Shown piece by piece: positions 48,463-57,933 of a stretch of 64,000 nt of DNA (within the stretch, counting starts at the first letter, position 1; every line of letters starts with the position of its first letter). Below the pieces are notes generated by a model. That model did not search any database and was not told the origin of the DNA. It saw only the letters and a program-made list of their open reading frames with translations. Source of the DNA: a virus. The position numbers were made by a program, and so were the translations under genes. Location of the stretch: UHGV virus genome UHGV-1373362. One strand, written 5' to 3'.

Positions 48463-49417
48463 ACCGTCATTTGAAATAATTGAACAAAAGCCTGGAGTAG
48501 AAGGTGTTTATAAACAAATAGAGTTAGCAGGGAGGACTTGCTATAAGAGTTTGGATAAGATAACAGAAGATTCTGCTAAAGGATTCGTTGATAGAATGAT
48601 TAAATCAGGTCACGGTGCTATGTTAGAGCATGGTACTATATATCTTACTATGCAATATGGGGGACCCTCTAGAAAAGAGTCTGATGCTATAGAAAAATAT
48701 ACAAAAAATAAATATAGTAAATATAATCAAGACATAGATAGTAAATATTATATTACAACTAACTTAAGAGTTCTAGTAGAAAATAACTGGCTTGATGATT
48801 TACAATACTTATATGAACCTACAGAGTTTCATAAGAAGAGAATTACTGTTAGATTTGTAACAGACCAGGGTATCCTAAGAGAATTTACTAGGCACAGAAC
48901 TGCTAGTTTTGCCGTTGAGAGCACCCGTTATTGCAATTATTCTAAAGATAAATTCAATAATGAGCTTACTTTTATTCAACCCTGTTGGTTGGATGATATG
49001 AGGCTGAAACTATGTGGTCCTTATCATACTGTAATAAGAGATAGGTCACCAGAGAGTATATTTATTGCTAACTTAAATAATGCAGAGAAAGATTATTTGG
49101 ATCTAATTAACCTTGGTTGGAAACCACAACAAGCAAGAAATGTACTACCATTAGCTACTAAGTGTGAAATGATAATGACAGCCTTTGTAGATGATTGGTG
49201 GGGAGGGTATCTAGTCTTTGATAAGAGTACTGGATTATTAGACCAAATAATCCACGGAATGTTCTGGAAAGAGCTAGATAATATAGATAGAGAGAAATAT
49301 AGAATTGTTGAGAAAGGATTCTTTCCTTTAAGATGTTCTAGTGCAGCTCATCCCCAAGCGCAAGAGTTAGCTATTCCATTAAGAGAGGAGTTTCTTAAGA
49401 GAGGTTATATAAAATGA
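48449..49417 (+). CDS. thyX: flavin-dependent thymidylate synthase
   Basis: ThyX signature RHRTASFAVESTRY (RHRx7-8S). Confidence 0.8.
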   Translation: MRLIKPSFEIIEQKPGVEGVYKQIELAGRTCYKSLDKITEDSAKGFVDRMIKSGHGAMLEHGTIYLTMQYGGPSRKESDAIEKYTKNKYSKYNQDIDSKYYITTNLRVLVENNWLDDLQYLYEPTEFHKKRITVRFVTDQGILREFTRHRTASFAVESTRYCNYSKDKFNNELTFIQPCWLDDMRLKLCGPYHTVIRDRSPESIFIANLNNAEKDYLDLINLGWKPQQARNVLPLATKCEMIMTAFVDDWWGGYLVFDKSTGLLDQIIHGMFWKELDNIDREKYRIVEKGFFPLRCSSAAHPQAQELAIPLREEFLKRGYIK

Positions 49418-49565
49418 TAGTAAAGATACTAATAGAATATGAAGACCCTATGGATAATTCACTCCCACCTCAAACTTATATTAGAGAATGGAGAAGTGTA
49501 GAAGTTATTCCTATGGAATGGTACAAAATACTTTCTAATCCTCATGGATATAGGTACTATAGGAT

Positions 49566-50252
49566 ATGACCGCAAATGAATACTTTGGTGACTGGATTGA
49601 TGTTATTGACAAAGAGGAACTACGTAAAGTAGTAACTTGGGTTAATAAGGTCAATTCAGCTGACCTATGTCCTTCTCCTAAGAACATCTTTAGAGCATTT
49701 AGGGCTTGCTCATTCAAGGACTGTAAGGTAGTCTTTCTTGGGCAAGACCCTTATCCTCAAAGAGGAGTAGCTACTGGAATACTATTTGGTAATTCAGAAG
49801 ATACTCAAGAGGATTATCTATCTCCTTCACTTAAAGTAGTTAAAGAAGCTGCTATTAATTATGAAATTCCCCACAACCTTATAGAGTTTGACAATACGTT
49901 AGAGTCTTGGGCTAAGCAAGGGATATTAATGATTAATACAGCTCTAACTTGTGAAGTAGGTAGAGTTGGGGCACACTTTGACATATGGAAACCATTTGTA
50001 TCTAAGTTGATTCACAACATGAGCTATAAAGATGGGGGTATGATTTATGTTTTATTTGGCAGCCAGGCTGGATTATTTAAGAATGATATAGTGAATAGCT
50101 TAAAGACAATCGAAGTATATCATCCAGCATATTATGCTAGGACTGGTAAGAAGATGCCTAGTAGTGTATTTACTGACATCAATCAGGTATTGAAGCAACA
50201 GTATAACTATCAAATAGAATTTTATAAGGAGACGGAATATGGAACGTGCTAA
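49566..50252 (+). CDS. ung: uracil-DNA glycosylase (family 1-like)
   Basis: VVFLGQDPYP water-activating motif (GQDPY) and a C-terminal VYHPAY...-like segment; about 228 aa. Confidence 0.65.
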   Translation: MTANEYFGDWIDVIDKEELRKVVTWVNKVNSADLCPSPKNIFRAFRACSFKDCKVVFLGQDPYPQRGVATGILFGNSEDTQEDYLSPSLKVVKEAAINYEIPHNLIEFDNTLESWAKQGILMINTALTCEVGRVGAHFDIWKPFVSKLIHNMSYKDGGMIYVLFGSQAGLFKNDIVNSLKTIEVYHPAYYARTGKKMPSSVFTDINQVLKQQYNYQIEFYKETEYGTC

Positions 50253-50445
50253 TAGAAAATCAGTAAATGATAATTTACGCAAGTATGACCATTTAGCCAA
50301 GAAGGATGACTTTATTGAAGTTACTGAATGGACTAATGGTGAAGGTTGGGATATTACTATAAATGATAGGGTAATCCCACTAACTCGTGGTGAATTAGAT
50401 GCTATTGATTATCTAACTAAAGGTTTAGATTATGATAACGATTAA
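50239..50445 (+). CDS. small protein
   Basis: ORF only. Confidence 0.3.
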   Translation: MERANRKSVNDNLRKYDHLAKKDDFIEVTEWTNGEGWDITINDRVIPLTRGELDAIDYLTKGLDYDND

Positions 50446-50457
50446 TAATTGTAAAAG

Positions 50458-51102
50458 ATGAAAGAACAGAAGTTTGAATTTAGTGCTAAGAACACTTTCT
50501 TTACCTCAGACCTTCATTTTGGCCATACTAACATAATCAGATTATGCAATAGGCCATTTAAAGATGTTGAGGAGATGAATAAAGTGCTAATTAATAATTG
50601 GAATAGAATAGTCCCTGAAAATGGGACTATTTTTATTTTAGGAGATTTTGCATTTGGAGGTAGTGAATTATGGAACACTGCTTTAAACCAGTTAAATGGC
50701 AATAAGTACTTAATAATTGGAAACCATGACGTTAAAAACCTAAGACAAGGCTATATGGATAAATTTGTGGATGTACTACCGCAAATGCAAATTCAGATAG
50801 AGAAGAGAAGTGTCTATTTGAATCATTATCCATTCCTGTGCTATGGTGGTTCATATCGTAACGATGCCGATGCTGTGTGGCAGTTATTTGGCCATGTTCA
50901 TTCTGGTCCGACTAGTTCTGGATTGGATTGTGATAGATTGGTTCATCTATTCCCTTATCAGTATGATGTAGGTGTAGATAACAACAACTATACTCCAATC
51001 TCTTGGGCAGAGGTAAAGGAGAAGATTCAGCACCAAATAGATGAAGGAGTGGAGAAATCAGTCAAGGAACATACAATTCCTGACGAAATATACAAACTAT
51101 AA
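50458..51102 (+). CDS. calcineurin-like metallophosphoesterase
   Basis: FTSDLHFGH (DxH), ILGDFAF (GDxx), IGNHD. Confidence 0.65.
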   Translation: MKEQKFEFSAKNTFFTSDLHFGHTNIIRLCNRPFKDVEEMNKVLINNWNRIVPENGTIFILGDFAFGGSELWNTALNQLNGNKYLIIGNHDVKNLRQGYMDKFVDVLPQMQIQIEKRSVYLNHYPFLCYGGSYRNDADAVWQLFGHVHSGPTSSGLDCDRLVHLFPYQYDVGVDNNNYTPISWAEVKEKIQHQIDEGVEKSVKEHTIPDEIYKL

Positions 51103-51320
51103 TGACTAAATTGACTTTAGAAATCGACGGAACTATCTGTTCTATGGAGATACCTTATAATGATGTAAGTGCTACTGAACTAATTAAGGGATTTGGCTCT
51201 CTAATGATTGGTCAGACATTTCTTGCTTGCACTGTTAAAGAGGCTCTAGAAGAGGTAGCCGAAGATTATGAAGACGAACTAAGAGTAGGTTATGAATCCC
51301 AACACACTGAGGAAGATTAA
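51102..51320 (+). CDS. small protein
   Basis: TAATG overlap. Confidence 0.3.
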   Translation: MTKLTLEIDGTICSMEIPYNDVSATELIKGFGSLMIGQTFLACTVKEALEEVAEDYEDELRVGYESQHTEED

Positions 51321-51615
51321 AAGGTTAGAAGCTGGTGAATCATTTATCACTAGTGAGCCTGGAAACTCTATGCTTCCGTTATATAAGAGTAATGAGAAGC
51401 ATAGGGTTACTCCAATGAAATGGGAAGATTGCAAAGTGGGCGATGTAGTATTCTGTAAGGTTAGAGGTTCATGTGTAACTCACAAAGTCTATGCAGTAGA
51501 TAGTGAGAAAGGTTGTCTAATAGGTAATAATAAAGGACACATGAATGGATGGACTAAGAATGTATATGGCAAAGCCCACAAAATTGACCAATCGTTAAAA
51601 ACTAAGAAGCCTTGA
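51292..51615 (+). CDS. S24/S26-like peptidase-fold protein
   Basis: GNSMLPLY (compare GDSMxP of LexA/UmuD/signal peptidase) followed by VGDVVF. Confidence 0.4.
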   Translation: MNPNTLRKIKRLEAGESFITSEPGNSMLPLYKSNEKHRVTPMKWEDCKVGDVVFCKVRGSCVTHKVYAVDSEKGCLIGNNKGHMNGWTKNVYGKAHKIDQSLKTKKP

Positions 51616-52304
51616 GAATTTGTGTAACGTCTGATTTACATGGCATTCTTCCTAAAATAGAAGAGCCATGTAATGTAGTATTGATATGTGGAGATATTAT
51701 GCCATTATGTATGCAGAGAAACATTCCTCAGAGTGAGAAATGGTTAAAGACTACATTTGCTGAATGGGTTAATGATCTTCCGTGTGAGTCTGTTATTATG
51801 GTAGGAGGCAATCATGATTTTGCTTTAGCTAATATGTACAGGCAGCCTCTAAAAATTAGCTCAATCTTAACACAGCCAACTAATGGTAAGCTGAAGCTAT
51901 TAGATAATGAGGAAACACACATTACTGATGAAAATGGAAAAGATTACACAATATGGGGAACCCCATATTGCAAAATCTTTGGTAATTGGGCTTATATGTA
52001 TGAGCCTGAAACTCTGATTAAAGCATATGAATCTATGCCAGAGAAGTGTGATATTGTTATATCTCATGATGCTCCTAAGTTGTGTGGTCTTGGTGTTATT
52101 CATCAAAGATTTGACCAAGAGGATGCTGGCAATCCCTGGTTGGCTGATGAGATACTTCGCAAACATCCTAAATATACATTCTGTGGACATATCCATAGTG
52201 GGGAGCATAATCTACAGATCCTTGATGATATGAAAATGGCTAATGTGTCTTTAGTAGATGAAAGCTACGTAAAATATTTTAATCCTTTATATTTGGATGT
52301 CTAA
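51612..52304 (+). CDS. calcineurin-like metallophosphoesterase
   Basis: VTSDLHG, LICGDI, GGNHD; TTG start overlapping the upstream TGA. Confidence 0.6.
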   Translation: MRICVTSDLHGILPKIEEPCNVVLICGDIMPLCMQRNIPQSEKWLKTTFAEWVNDLPCESVIMVGGNHDFALANMYRQPLKISSILTQPTNGKLKLLDNEETHITDENGKDYTIWGTPYCKIFGNWAYMYEPETLIKAYESMPEKCDIVISHDAPKLCGLGVIHQRFDQEDAGNPWLADEILRKHPKYTFCGHIHSGEHNLQILDDMKMANVSLVDESYVKYFNPLYLDV

Positions 52305-52503
52305 AATTACAATTAAGCTGTCAGTTACTCCAATGCTATTGGTTCTTCTGCTACTAATACTAAAACTAATAGGATTGGGGATTAGTTGGCTATGGGTATT
52401 TTGTCCAATATGGATTCCATTGGTATTTATTGCAATTTCTGGAATAACGGTTATATTTATACTAATTATAGCATTATGGATGGGAAAATCGTTTTGGTTA
52501 TAG
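52297..52503 (+). CDS. small membrane protein
   Basis: Three hydrophobic helices in 68 aa. Confidence 0.3.
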   Translation: MSKITIKLSVTPMLLVLLLLILKLIGLGISWLWVFCPIWIPLVFIAISGITVIFILIIALWMGKSFWL

Positions 52504-53057
52504 TGGATTTTCAGTATGACTTCTGTCTATCTGGGAGTCCACTTTATGTAAAAGGGTCTGATAAGGCTCTTTTAAATGTTGCTGACTTAATCTCAAGTGA
52601 TAGAGTTAGTAGAGTGATATTTACTGCTGATTGGCATCCGTCTAAACACATTTCTTTTAAAAAGAATGGTGGTCAATGGGATGAACATTGTGTGCAGTTC
52701 TCTAAAGGTGCGGCTATACATGACTTATTATTGTATGGTTGTATTAGTGCTGGAATACCTTATAAGGTAATTACCAAGGGTACATCTCACATTTCTGAGG
52801 AATATGGAGTAAAGGTTGCTCCGGCTAGTGCTAAAGCTCAGTACCATACTATCTATAGTTTATCAGTAGGAGTTGATGTTCAGCCAGATGAGCAAATAGT
52901 AATCTGTGGCTTAGCAGGAGATTACTGTGTGTTGGAAACTTTGAAAAACCTGGCTCCCATTAACCCTATGATATTTCTCAATGGTGTAGCCTCTCTTGAC
53001 GGAGGAATTAAACTTAATGAATATATAGAAAATAGTGGGACTAAGGTATGGTTATAG
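52476..53057 (+). CDS. isochorismatase-family hydrolase (nicotinamidase PncA-like)
   Basis: KIVLVIVDFQYDF (catalytic Asp region) and a C-terminal ICGLAGDYCV (nucleophile Cys). The track start at 52386 was replaced by the ATG at 52476. Confidence 0.55.
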   Translation: MDGKIVLVIVDFQYDFCLSGSPLYVKGSDKALLNVADLISSDRVSRVIFTADWHPSKHISFKKNGGQWDEHCVQFSKGAAIHDLLLYGCISAGIPYKVITKGTSHISEEYGVKVAPASAKAQYHTIYSLSVGVDVQPDEQIVICGLAGDYCVLETLKNLAPINPMIFLNGVASLDGGIKLNEYIENSGTKVWL

Positions 53058-53281
53058 GAATTATTGCATTACTAATTTACCTATTAACAACAATAATAGG
53101 TATTCTTATGGGCAAGTATCTGTCTAACATGGTTGACAAGAATGACAAGCAGGAGGTACACTCATTTATTCACGTTTGCCTTATTCCTATAATTAATATA
53201 CTTGTTGTTATTGTAGGTTTATTTGAACTAGTAAATGGGATATTACATAAAATAGCAAATTATATAGAAAAATGGTGGTAA
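53048..53281 (+). CDS. small membrane protein
   Basis: Two TM helices. Confidence 0.3.
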   Translation: MVIGIIALLIYLLTTIIGILMGKYLSNMVDKNDKQEVHSFIHVCLIPIINILVVIVGLFELVNGILHKIANYIEKWW

Positions 53282-54471
53282 AATCAATTCTTGATACGGA
53301 CTTGTATAAGTTTACAACTTCGTATGCTTACATGAAGTTATTTCCCAATGCGGAGGGGACATTTTCATTTATTGATAGGGATAATACTGAATATGATGAG
53401 GAATTCATACTTATGTTGAACATGGAATTGCTAAATCTATATTCTCTGTCTCTATCCATAGAGGAGAAGGATTATATGATTGCGAACTGTAGATTTATAC
53501 CTGCTGTATATTGGGAATGGCTTAGTTCTTTCAAGTTTGACCCTTCACGTGTTGTTATAAGCCTTGATGAAAACAAGCATCTTAATATAGATGTTACGGA
53601 CAGTCTCTATAAGGTTACTTTATATGAAGTACCAATATTAGCTATAGTATCAGAAGTACGCAATGCCTGGCTAAGCAACACTCCTGATTCCGACTGGAAG
53701 CAGAGATTGTACGATAAAGTACAAATGTCCAATCAACATGCTCTACCGTTTTCAGAATTTGGAACTAGGAGGAGATTTTCTTATGAAGTACAGGAATCTG
53801 TATGTATCTATCTAAAGAGATACGCTACATTTTGCACTGGTACTTCCAATTGTTATCTAGCTATGAAATGTAGTATGAAAATGATGGGAACTCACCCACA
53901 TGAATGGTTTATGTTTCATGGTGCACAGTATGGCTACAAACAGGCTAATTATATGGCATTAGAGAACTGGGTTAACGTTTATGACGGGGATTTAGGTATT
54001 GCTTTAACTGATACCTATACATCGGAGGTATTCTTAAAAAACCTATCACGTAAACAGGCCAAGCTGTTTGATGGTGTGAGGCATGATAGTGGAGATCCCT
54101 ATAAGTTTATAAATAGAGTAATAACTAGGTATAAAGAACTAGGGGTTGATCCTGCTACTAAGACTATAATCTTCAGTAATGCCCTTACATTCCCCGATGC
54201 TTTGGAGATTATGCAATATTGTGGTGGTAGAATTAGGTGTGCGTTTGGTATAGGTACTAATCTTACCAATGATACCGGTAACAAGCCTTCTAATATTGTA
54301 ATGAAATTGGTTAGGTGCCGAATGACTAAAGCACAACCTTGGTTTAACTGCGTTAAGCTATCTGATGATTTAGGTAAGCATACTGGGCAGAAAAAAGAAG
54401 TAGAACACTGTATAAATGAATTGAGACTATGCAATGGGAGTATGACAAAATTACAGTTAAGTATGAAATGA
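53272..54471 (+). CDS. pncB: nicotinate phosphoribosyltransferase
   Basis: N-terminal SILDTDLYKFT... is characteristic of PncB/NAPRTase; about 400 aa. Confidence 0.7.
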   Translation: MVVKSILDTDLYKFTTSYAYMKLFPNAEGTFSFIDRDNTEYDEEFILMLNMELLNLYSLSLSIEEKDYMIANCRFIPAVYWEWLSSFKFDPSRVVISLDENKHLNIDVTDSLYKVTLYEVPILAIVSEVRNAWLSNTPDSDWKQRLYDKVQMSNQHALPFSEFGTRRRFSYEVQESVCIYLKRYATFCTGTSNCYLAMKCSMKMMGTHPHEWFMFHGAQYGYKQANYMALENWVNVYDGDLGIALTDTYTSEVFLKNLSRKQAKLFDGVRHDSGDPYKFINRVITRYKELGVDPATKTIIFSNALTFPDALEIMQYCGGRIRCAFGIGTNLTNDTGNKPSNIVMKLVRCRMTKAQPWFNCVKLSDDLGKHTGQKKEVEHCINELRLCNGSMTKLQLSMK

Positions 54472-54574
54472 ACATCTCTGAGTTAAACAAGATGGGAAAC
54501 TCAGGATGGGAGTTAGTGGCTGTTACATATCATGCAAGTGGTTGCTATACTTATTATTTTAAAAGGTTGATAAA

Positions 54575-55522
54575 ATGAATGAGTTAAATTATGAGAGGGT
54601 GTTTAATGTTTTAGTTAATGAAACATCTAGTTACATTGTTAAGAATCATCTTAAAGCTATGATTCTTGGGATCAGCGGTGGTATAGATTCAACAGTAGTT
54701 GCTGCTATTTGCCATGAAGTAAGTAAACAGACTGGTATTCCTTTAATTGGAAGAAGTCTTCCTATTAAGAATAGAAACGATGAGTTTGAAGTATCTAAGC
54801 TAGTGGGAGAAGCATTCTGTAATGACTTTGCAGTATGTCCGATGACAAGGTTATATCATGCAGCTCTCAAAGAAGTGTACCAAGTAGAAAACATGGAAAG
54901 GCATGAGTCTACCTATACTATTGAAGAACTAGAGCAAGCTAATGGACAGACTAAGATAGCTAATGGTAACATTCAGGCTAGGTTAAGAATGATGTTCCTG
55001 TATAATCTTGCTTCAATCCATAAAGGTTTAGTAATGTCTACGGACAATCAGACTGAATATCAGCTTGGATTCTGGACTATTCATGGTGATGTAGGTGATT
55101 TCGACCCAATTCAGGACTTATGGAAGACAGAGGTTTACGGATTAGCTAATTACCTACTGGGCATGTATTATAATTTGTACTGCGAGGCTACTCTTGATAA
55201 GTGTAAAGAAGCTAGAGAATGGGAACAGTGGTGGAAAGGCAAGTACGAGGCCATGAAGGCATCTATAGCTCTTACTCCTACAGATGGTCTTGGCATCAGT
55301 AATAGTGACCTGGATCAAATTGGGGCTAAAAGTTATAACGATGTTGACAGAGTGTTGCAAACTTTAGTCTGTCCTGCTTCTCCTGAGAATGACAGAGTGC
55401 AAGATGCTTTAGCTGTTGAAATAGGTCCAGAGACTATAGATAAGATTATCAAAAGACATAGAAACTCTGGGTTTAAGCGTGAAAAGTCTCCTATCTATAT
55501 ATCTAGGGAGCTTTACAAATAA
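54575..55522 (+). CDS. nadE: NH3-dependent NAD+ synthetase
   Basis: PP-loop LGISGGIDSTVVAAI (SGGxDS). Confidence 0.8.
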   Translation: MNELNYERVFNVLVNETSSYIVKNHLKAMILGISGGIDSTVVAAICHEVSKQTGIPLIGRSLPIKNRNDEFEVSKLVGEAFCNDFAVCPMTRLYHAALKEVYQVENMERHESTYTIEELEQANGQTKIANGNIQARLRMMFLYNLASIHKGLVMSTDNQTEYQLGFWTIHGDVGDFDPIQDLWKTEVYGLANYLLGMYYNLYCEATLDKCKEAREWEQWWKGKYEAMKASIALTPTDGLGISNSDLDQIGAKSYNDVDRVLQTLVCPASPENDRVQDALAVEIGPETIDKIIKRHRNSGFKREKSPIYISRELYK

Positions 55523-55536
55523 CTTATTATTCTAGT

Positions 55537-55794
55537 ATGAAACTATATTATTTATTTTTATTGATAATGGCTCTTTTAATGAGCTGTTCTGGGCCTAGTG
55601 TTGACAGTGTGTCTAGTAATACTCTCACTGCAGGGTATACTACTTACAAGGGGCAGGTTAGAGAGCTTATCATAGATGGACATACCTATATCAAGGTAAA
55701 TAGAGGTGTAGCCCATTCAGGTTCATGTGGGAAGTGCAAACAAGAGCTTTACAGTATCATCCGTAAAGCTATAAAAGATGAGTTAGGGAAATGA
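55537..55794 (+). CDS. small lipoprotein
   Basis: Signal peptide with lipobox-like LLMSC. Confidence 0.35.
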   Translation: MKLYYLFLLIMALLMSCSGPSVDSVSSNTLTAGYTTYKGQVRELIIDGHTYIKVNRGVAHSGSCGKCKQELYSIIRKAIKDELGK

Positions 55795-56384
55795 CAGGTT
55801 TATTCTTTGGATCATTTGATCCAATTCATATCGGGCATGTCAACATCATCACATCAGCATTAAATTCTGGAATAGTTGATGATGTTGCAGTTATTCCAGC
55901 ATTTAAGAGTGTATGGAAAGATACCGAAACCAGCTTCTTAGTTAGATGTGCTATGTGTACGCAGGCTATTAAATCGATTCCTCATACATACGTTAGTACC
56001 ATCGAGCAGAGTTTAGCTGAAGGTAAGCCACTCCCTACTTATAAGACCCTTGAATGGTATGAAGGAAATTATGACTTCTACATTATAACTACTCCAGAAA
56101 CATATCTAGAAATTCCTAGATGGCAGAAGGGCGATGAGATATTGGAGAAGTATAAGTTCTTAATAGTAACTTCCAGTCATTTTGATTTTATGTTGGGAAG
56201 TGAAAAGCTTGAAGAGTTAGAGGAAAGTATAATTAGTAGTGGTAAGAATAAATTAATATATTCTCCAAGTATTAATGTATGTTCAACCTCTATAAGACAA
56301 CGTGTAAAGAATGGTAACATTGTAATTCCATTCGTGCAGGATGATGTTTTAAATATAATTAAGCGAGGAAATTTATATAAATGA
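55791..56384 (+). CDS. nadD: nicotinate/nicotinamide mononucleotide adenylyltransferase
   Basis: FGSFDPIHIGH matches the (H/T)xGH nucleotidyltransferase motif in NadD form (GGTFDPIHxGH). Confidence 0.75.
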   Translation: MTGLFFGSFDPIHIGHVNIITSALNSGIVDDVAVIPAFKSVWKDTETSFLVRCAMCTQAIKSIPHTYVSTIEQSLAEGKPLPTYKTLEWYEGNYDFYIITTPETYLEIPRWQKGDEILEKYKFLIVTSSHFDFMLGSEKLEELEESIISSGKNKLIYSPSINVCSTSIRQRVKNGNIVIPFVQDDVLNIIKRGNLYK

Positions 56385-56863
56385 AAGTATATATTTCATG
56401 TCCTTATTCATTTAAGGAAGGGGTAAAAGAAACAGTAAAACACCTTAAAAAGCTAGGACTTACTGATATATCTAATAACACTAGAGGAGAAGATTATGAT
56501 GCTTCTAAACTCCAGGAATCTGACTTTGTTATATTCGTGCTAGAGGATTTTAAGTGGAGTCAGCCTTTAAATACTATGAGTAAGGGAATCTTATCTGAAT
56601 TTGTGTGGTGTCTAAACCACAGAAAGCCTTATTATATCTGCTATAGGTCAGCTGCCGGATTAGGGATATATGGTGCACAAATAGATGAGACAGCTGTATT
56701 TAGAGGAGGTGAAAGCATATTATTAAGTGGAGTTGCAAGTACCAAGGATTCCCTGCCTCTTGTAGCACAAACATGTTCAAACATTTACTATATGGGAGGA
56801 AACCTATATATAAAGTCAGGTGAAGATAAATCGAGTATTGAAACAGAGTCAAATTTTTATTGA
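56381..56863 (+). CDS. nucleoside 2-deoxyribosyltransferase-like protein
   Basis: MKVYISCPYSF resembles the NDT/Rcl N-terminus. Weak call. Confidence 0.3.
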   Translation: MKVYISCPYSFKEGVKETVKHLKKLGLTDISNNTRGEDYDASKLQESDFVIFVLEDFKWSQPLNTMSKGILSEFVWCLNHRKPYYICYRSAAGLGIYGAQIDETAVFRGGESILLSGVASTKDSLPLVAQTCSNIYYMGGNLYIKSGEDKSSIETESNFY

Positions 56864-56864
56864 T

Positions 56865-57407
56865 ATGAAGAATTTTCCATTGTTGGATGAAAACGGCAAG
56901 GAATGGTGGATAAGCCGTTCTATTGCAGTAACTGGATGTATATTTACATTTCTGAATGGTAAGTGGTGTGTACTAGCCAATAAGAGGGGTGAAGGTACAC
57001 CTGATTTTCAGGGAATGTGGAATATGCCATGTGGTTACTTAGACTTTAATGAAACTACAGCAGAAGCTGTAATCAGAGAAGTCTATGAAGAGACTGGAGT
57101 TAGACTGAATCCTAACTTCCTACACTTCTGGAAATTCAATGACTCTCCTGCCCAAAATAGACAGAATGTATCCTTTAGATACTATGCTCTAATTGATGCA
57201 CAGCCAGGTAGTATCAGTGTTGGTACTGGTAACGATAGAGGCGGGGAAGAGGATGAAGTGGAAGCTATCGGGTGGATTCCATTGGACTCTATTGATAAAT
57301 ATCAATGGGCGTTTGACCATGATAAAATTATCAGAGAGTTTGCTGAATGGATGCACTTAGAGGATGGAGATTTGGATATGGAGGATATTGACTTAGACCC
57401 AGTATGA
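56865..57407 (+). CDS. Nudix hydrolase
   Basis: Nudix box GYLDFNETTAEAVIREVYEETGV (GX5EX7REUXEEXGU). The ATG at 56865 follows the upstream stop. Confidence 0.7.
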   Translation: MKNFPLLDENGKEWWISRSIAVTGCIFTFLNGKWCVLANKRGEGTPDFQGMWNMPCGYLDFNETTAEAVIREVYEETGVRLNPNFLHFWKFNDSPAQNRQNVSFRYYALIDAQPGSISVGTGNDRGGEEDEVEAIGWIPLDSIDKYQWAFDHDKIIREFAEWMHLEDGDLDMEDIDLDPV

Positions 57408-57781
57408 CATACTTTATAAGTGGACATAGGGACTTAACATGGGAGGAGTTTGCCAAATGGTATGCTCCTGCCATTAGTAGAACACTTAGTACAGATAATG
57501 CAGCCCAGTTCGTTGTAGGTGATTGTGAAGGCGCCGATAAAATGGCTCAGGATTATCTACTAGCCTGTGGTGTTTCATTTAGAAATATCACTGTATATCA
57601 TATGTTTAAAGCTCCTAGATATGCAGCTCTTAGAAGTGTGCCCACTCAAGGAGGCTTTACATCTGATATAGAAAGGGACAAAGCTATGACTGAGCACTCT
57701 GACTATGATATTGCCTTTATTCGTAAAGGTAAAGAATCCTCTGGTACTGCTCAAAATATCCTAAGAAGATGGACGAAGTAA
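57404..57781 (+). CDS. SLOG/YpsA-like Rossmann-fold protein
   Basis: VVGDCEGADKMAQDYLL resembles the GxxGxD..A motif of SLOG (DprA/LOG/YpsA) nucleotide-binding domains. Weak call. Confidence 0.3.
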   Translation: MTYFISGHRDLTWEEFAKWYAPAISRTLSTDNAAQFVVGDCEGADKMAQDYLLACGVSFRNITVYHMFKAPRYAALRSVPTQGGFTSDIERDKAMTEHSDYDIAFIRKGKESSGTAQNILRRWTK

Positions 57782-57933
57782 AGAAGCCTACTGAGAGGGA
57801 AAGATTTGAGAGTCTTAGGCTGCACTTCACTAGTCTATTCCTACAGCATCCTAAAATGCTTGAAGTCATGTCCTATAAGGATATAGTATTGAAAGCTAAG
57901 GAATTTACTAAAGAATATCTAAAGCATGAATAA
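57769..57933 (+). CDS. small protein (54 aa)
   Basis: Not in the track because it is under 60 aa. MDEVKKPTERERFESLRLHF...; fills the 57781-57926 gap. Confidence 0.25.
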   Translation: MDEVKKPTERERFESLRLHFTSLFLQHPKMLEVMSYKDIVLKAKEFTKEYLKHE

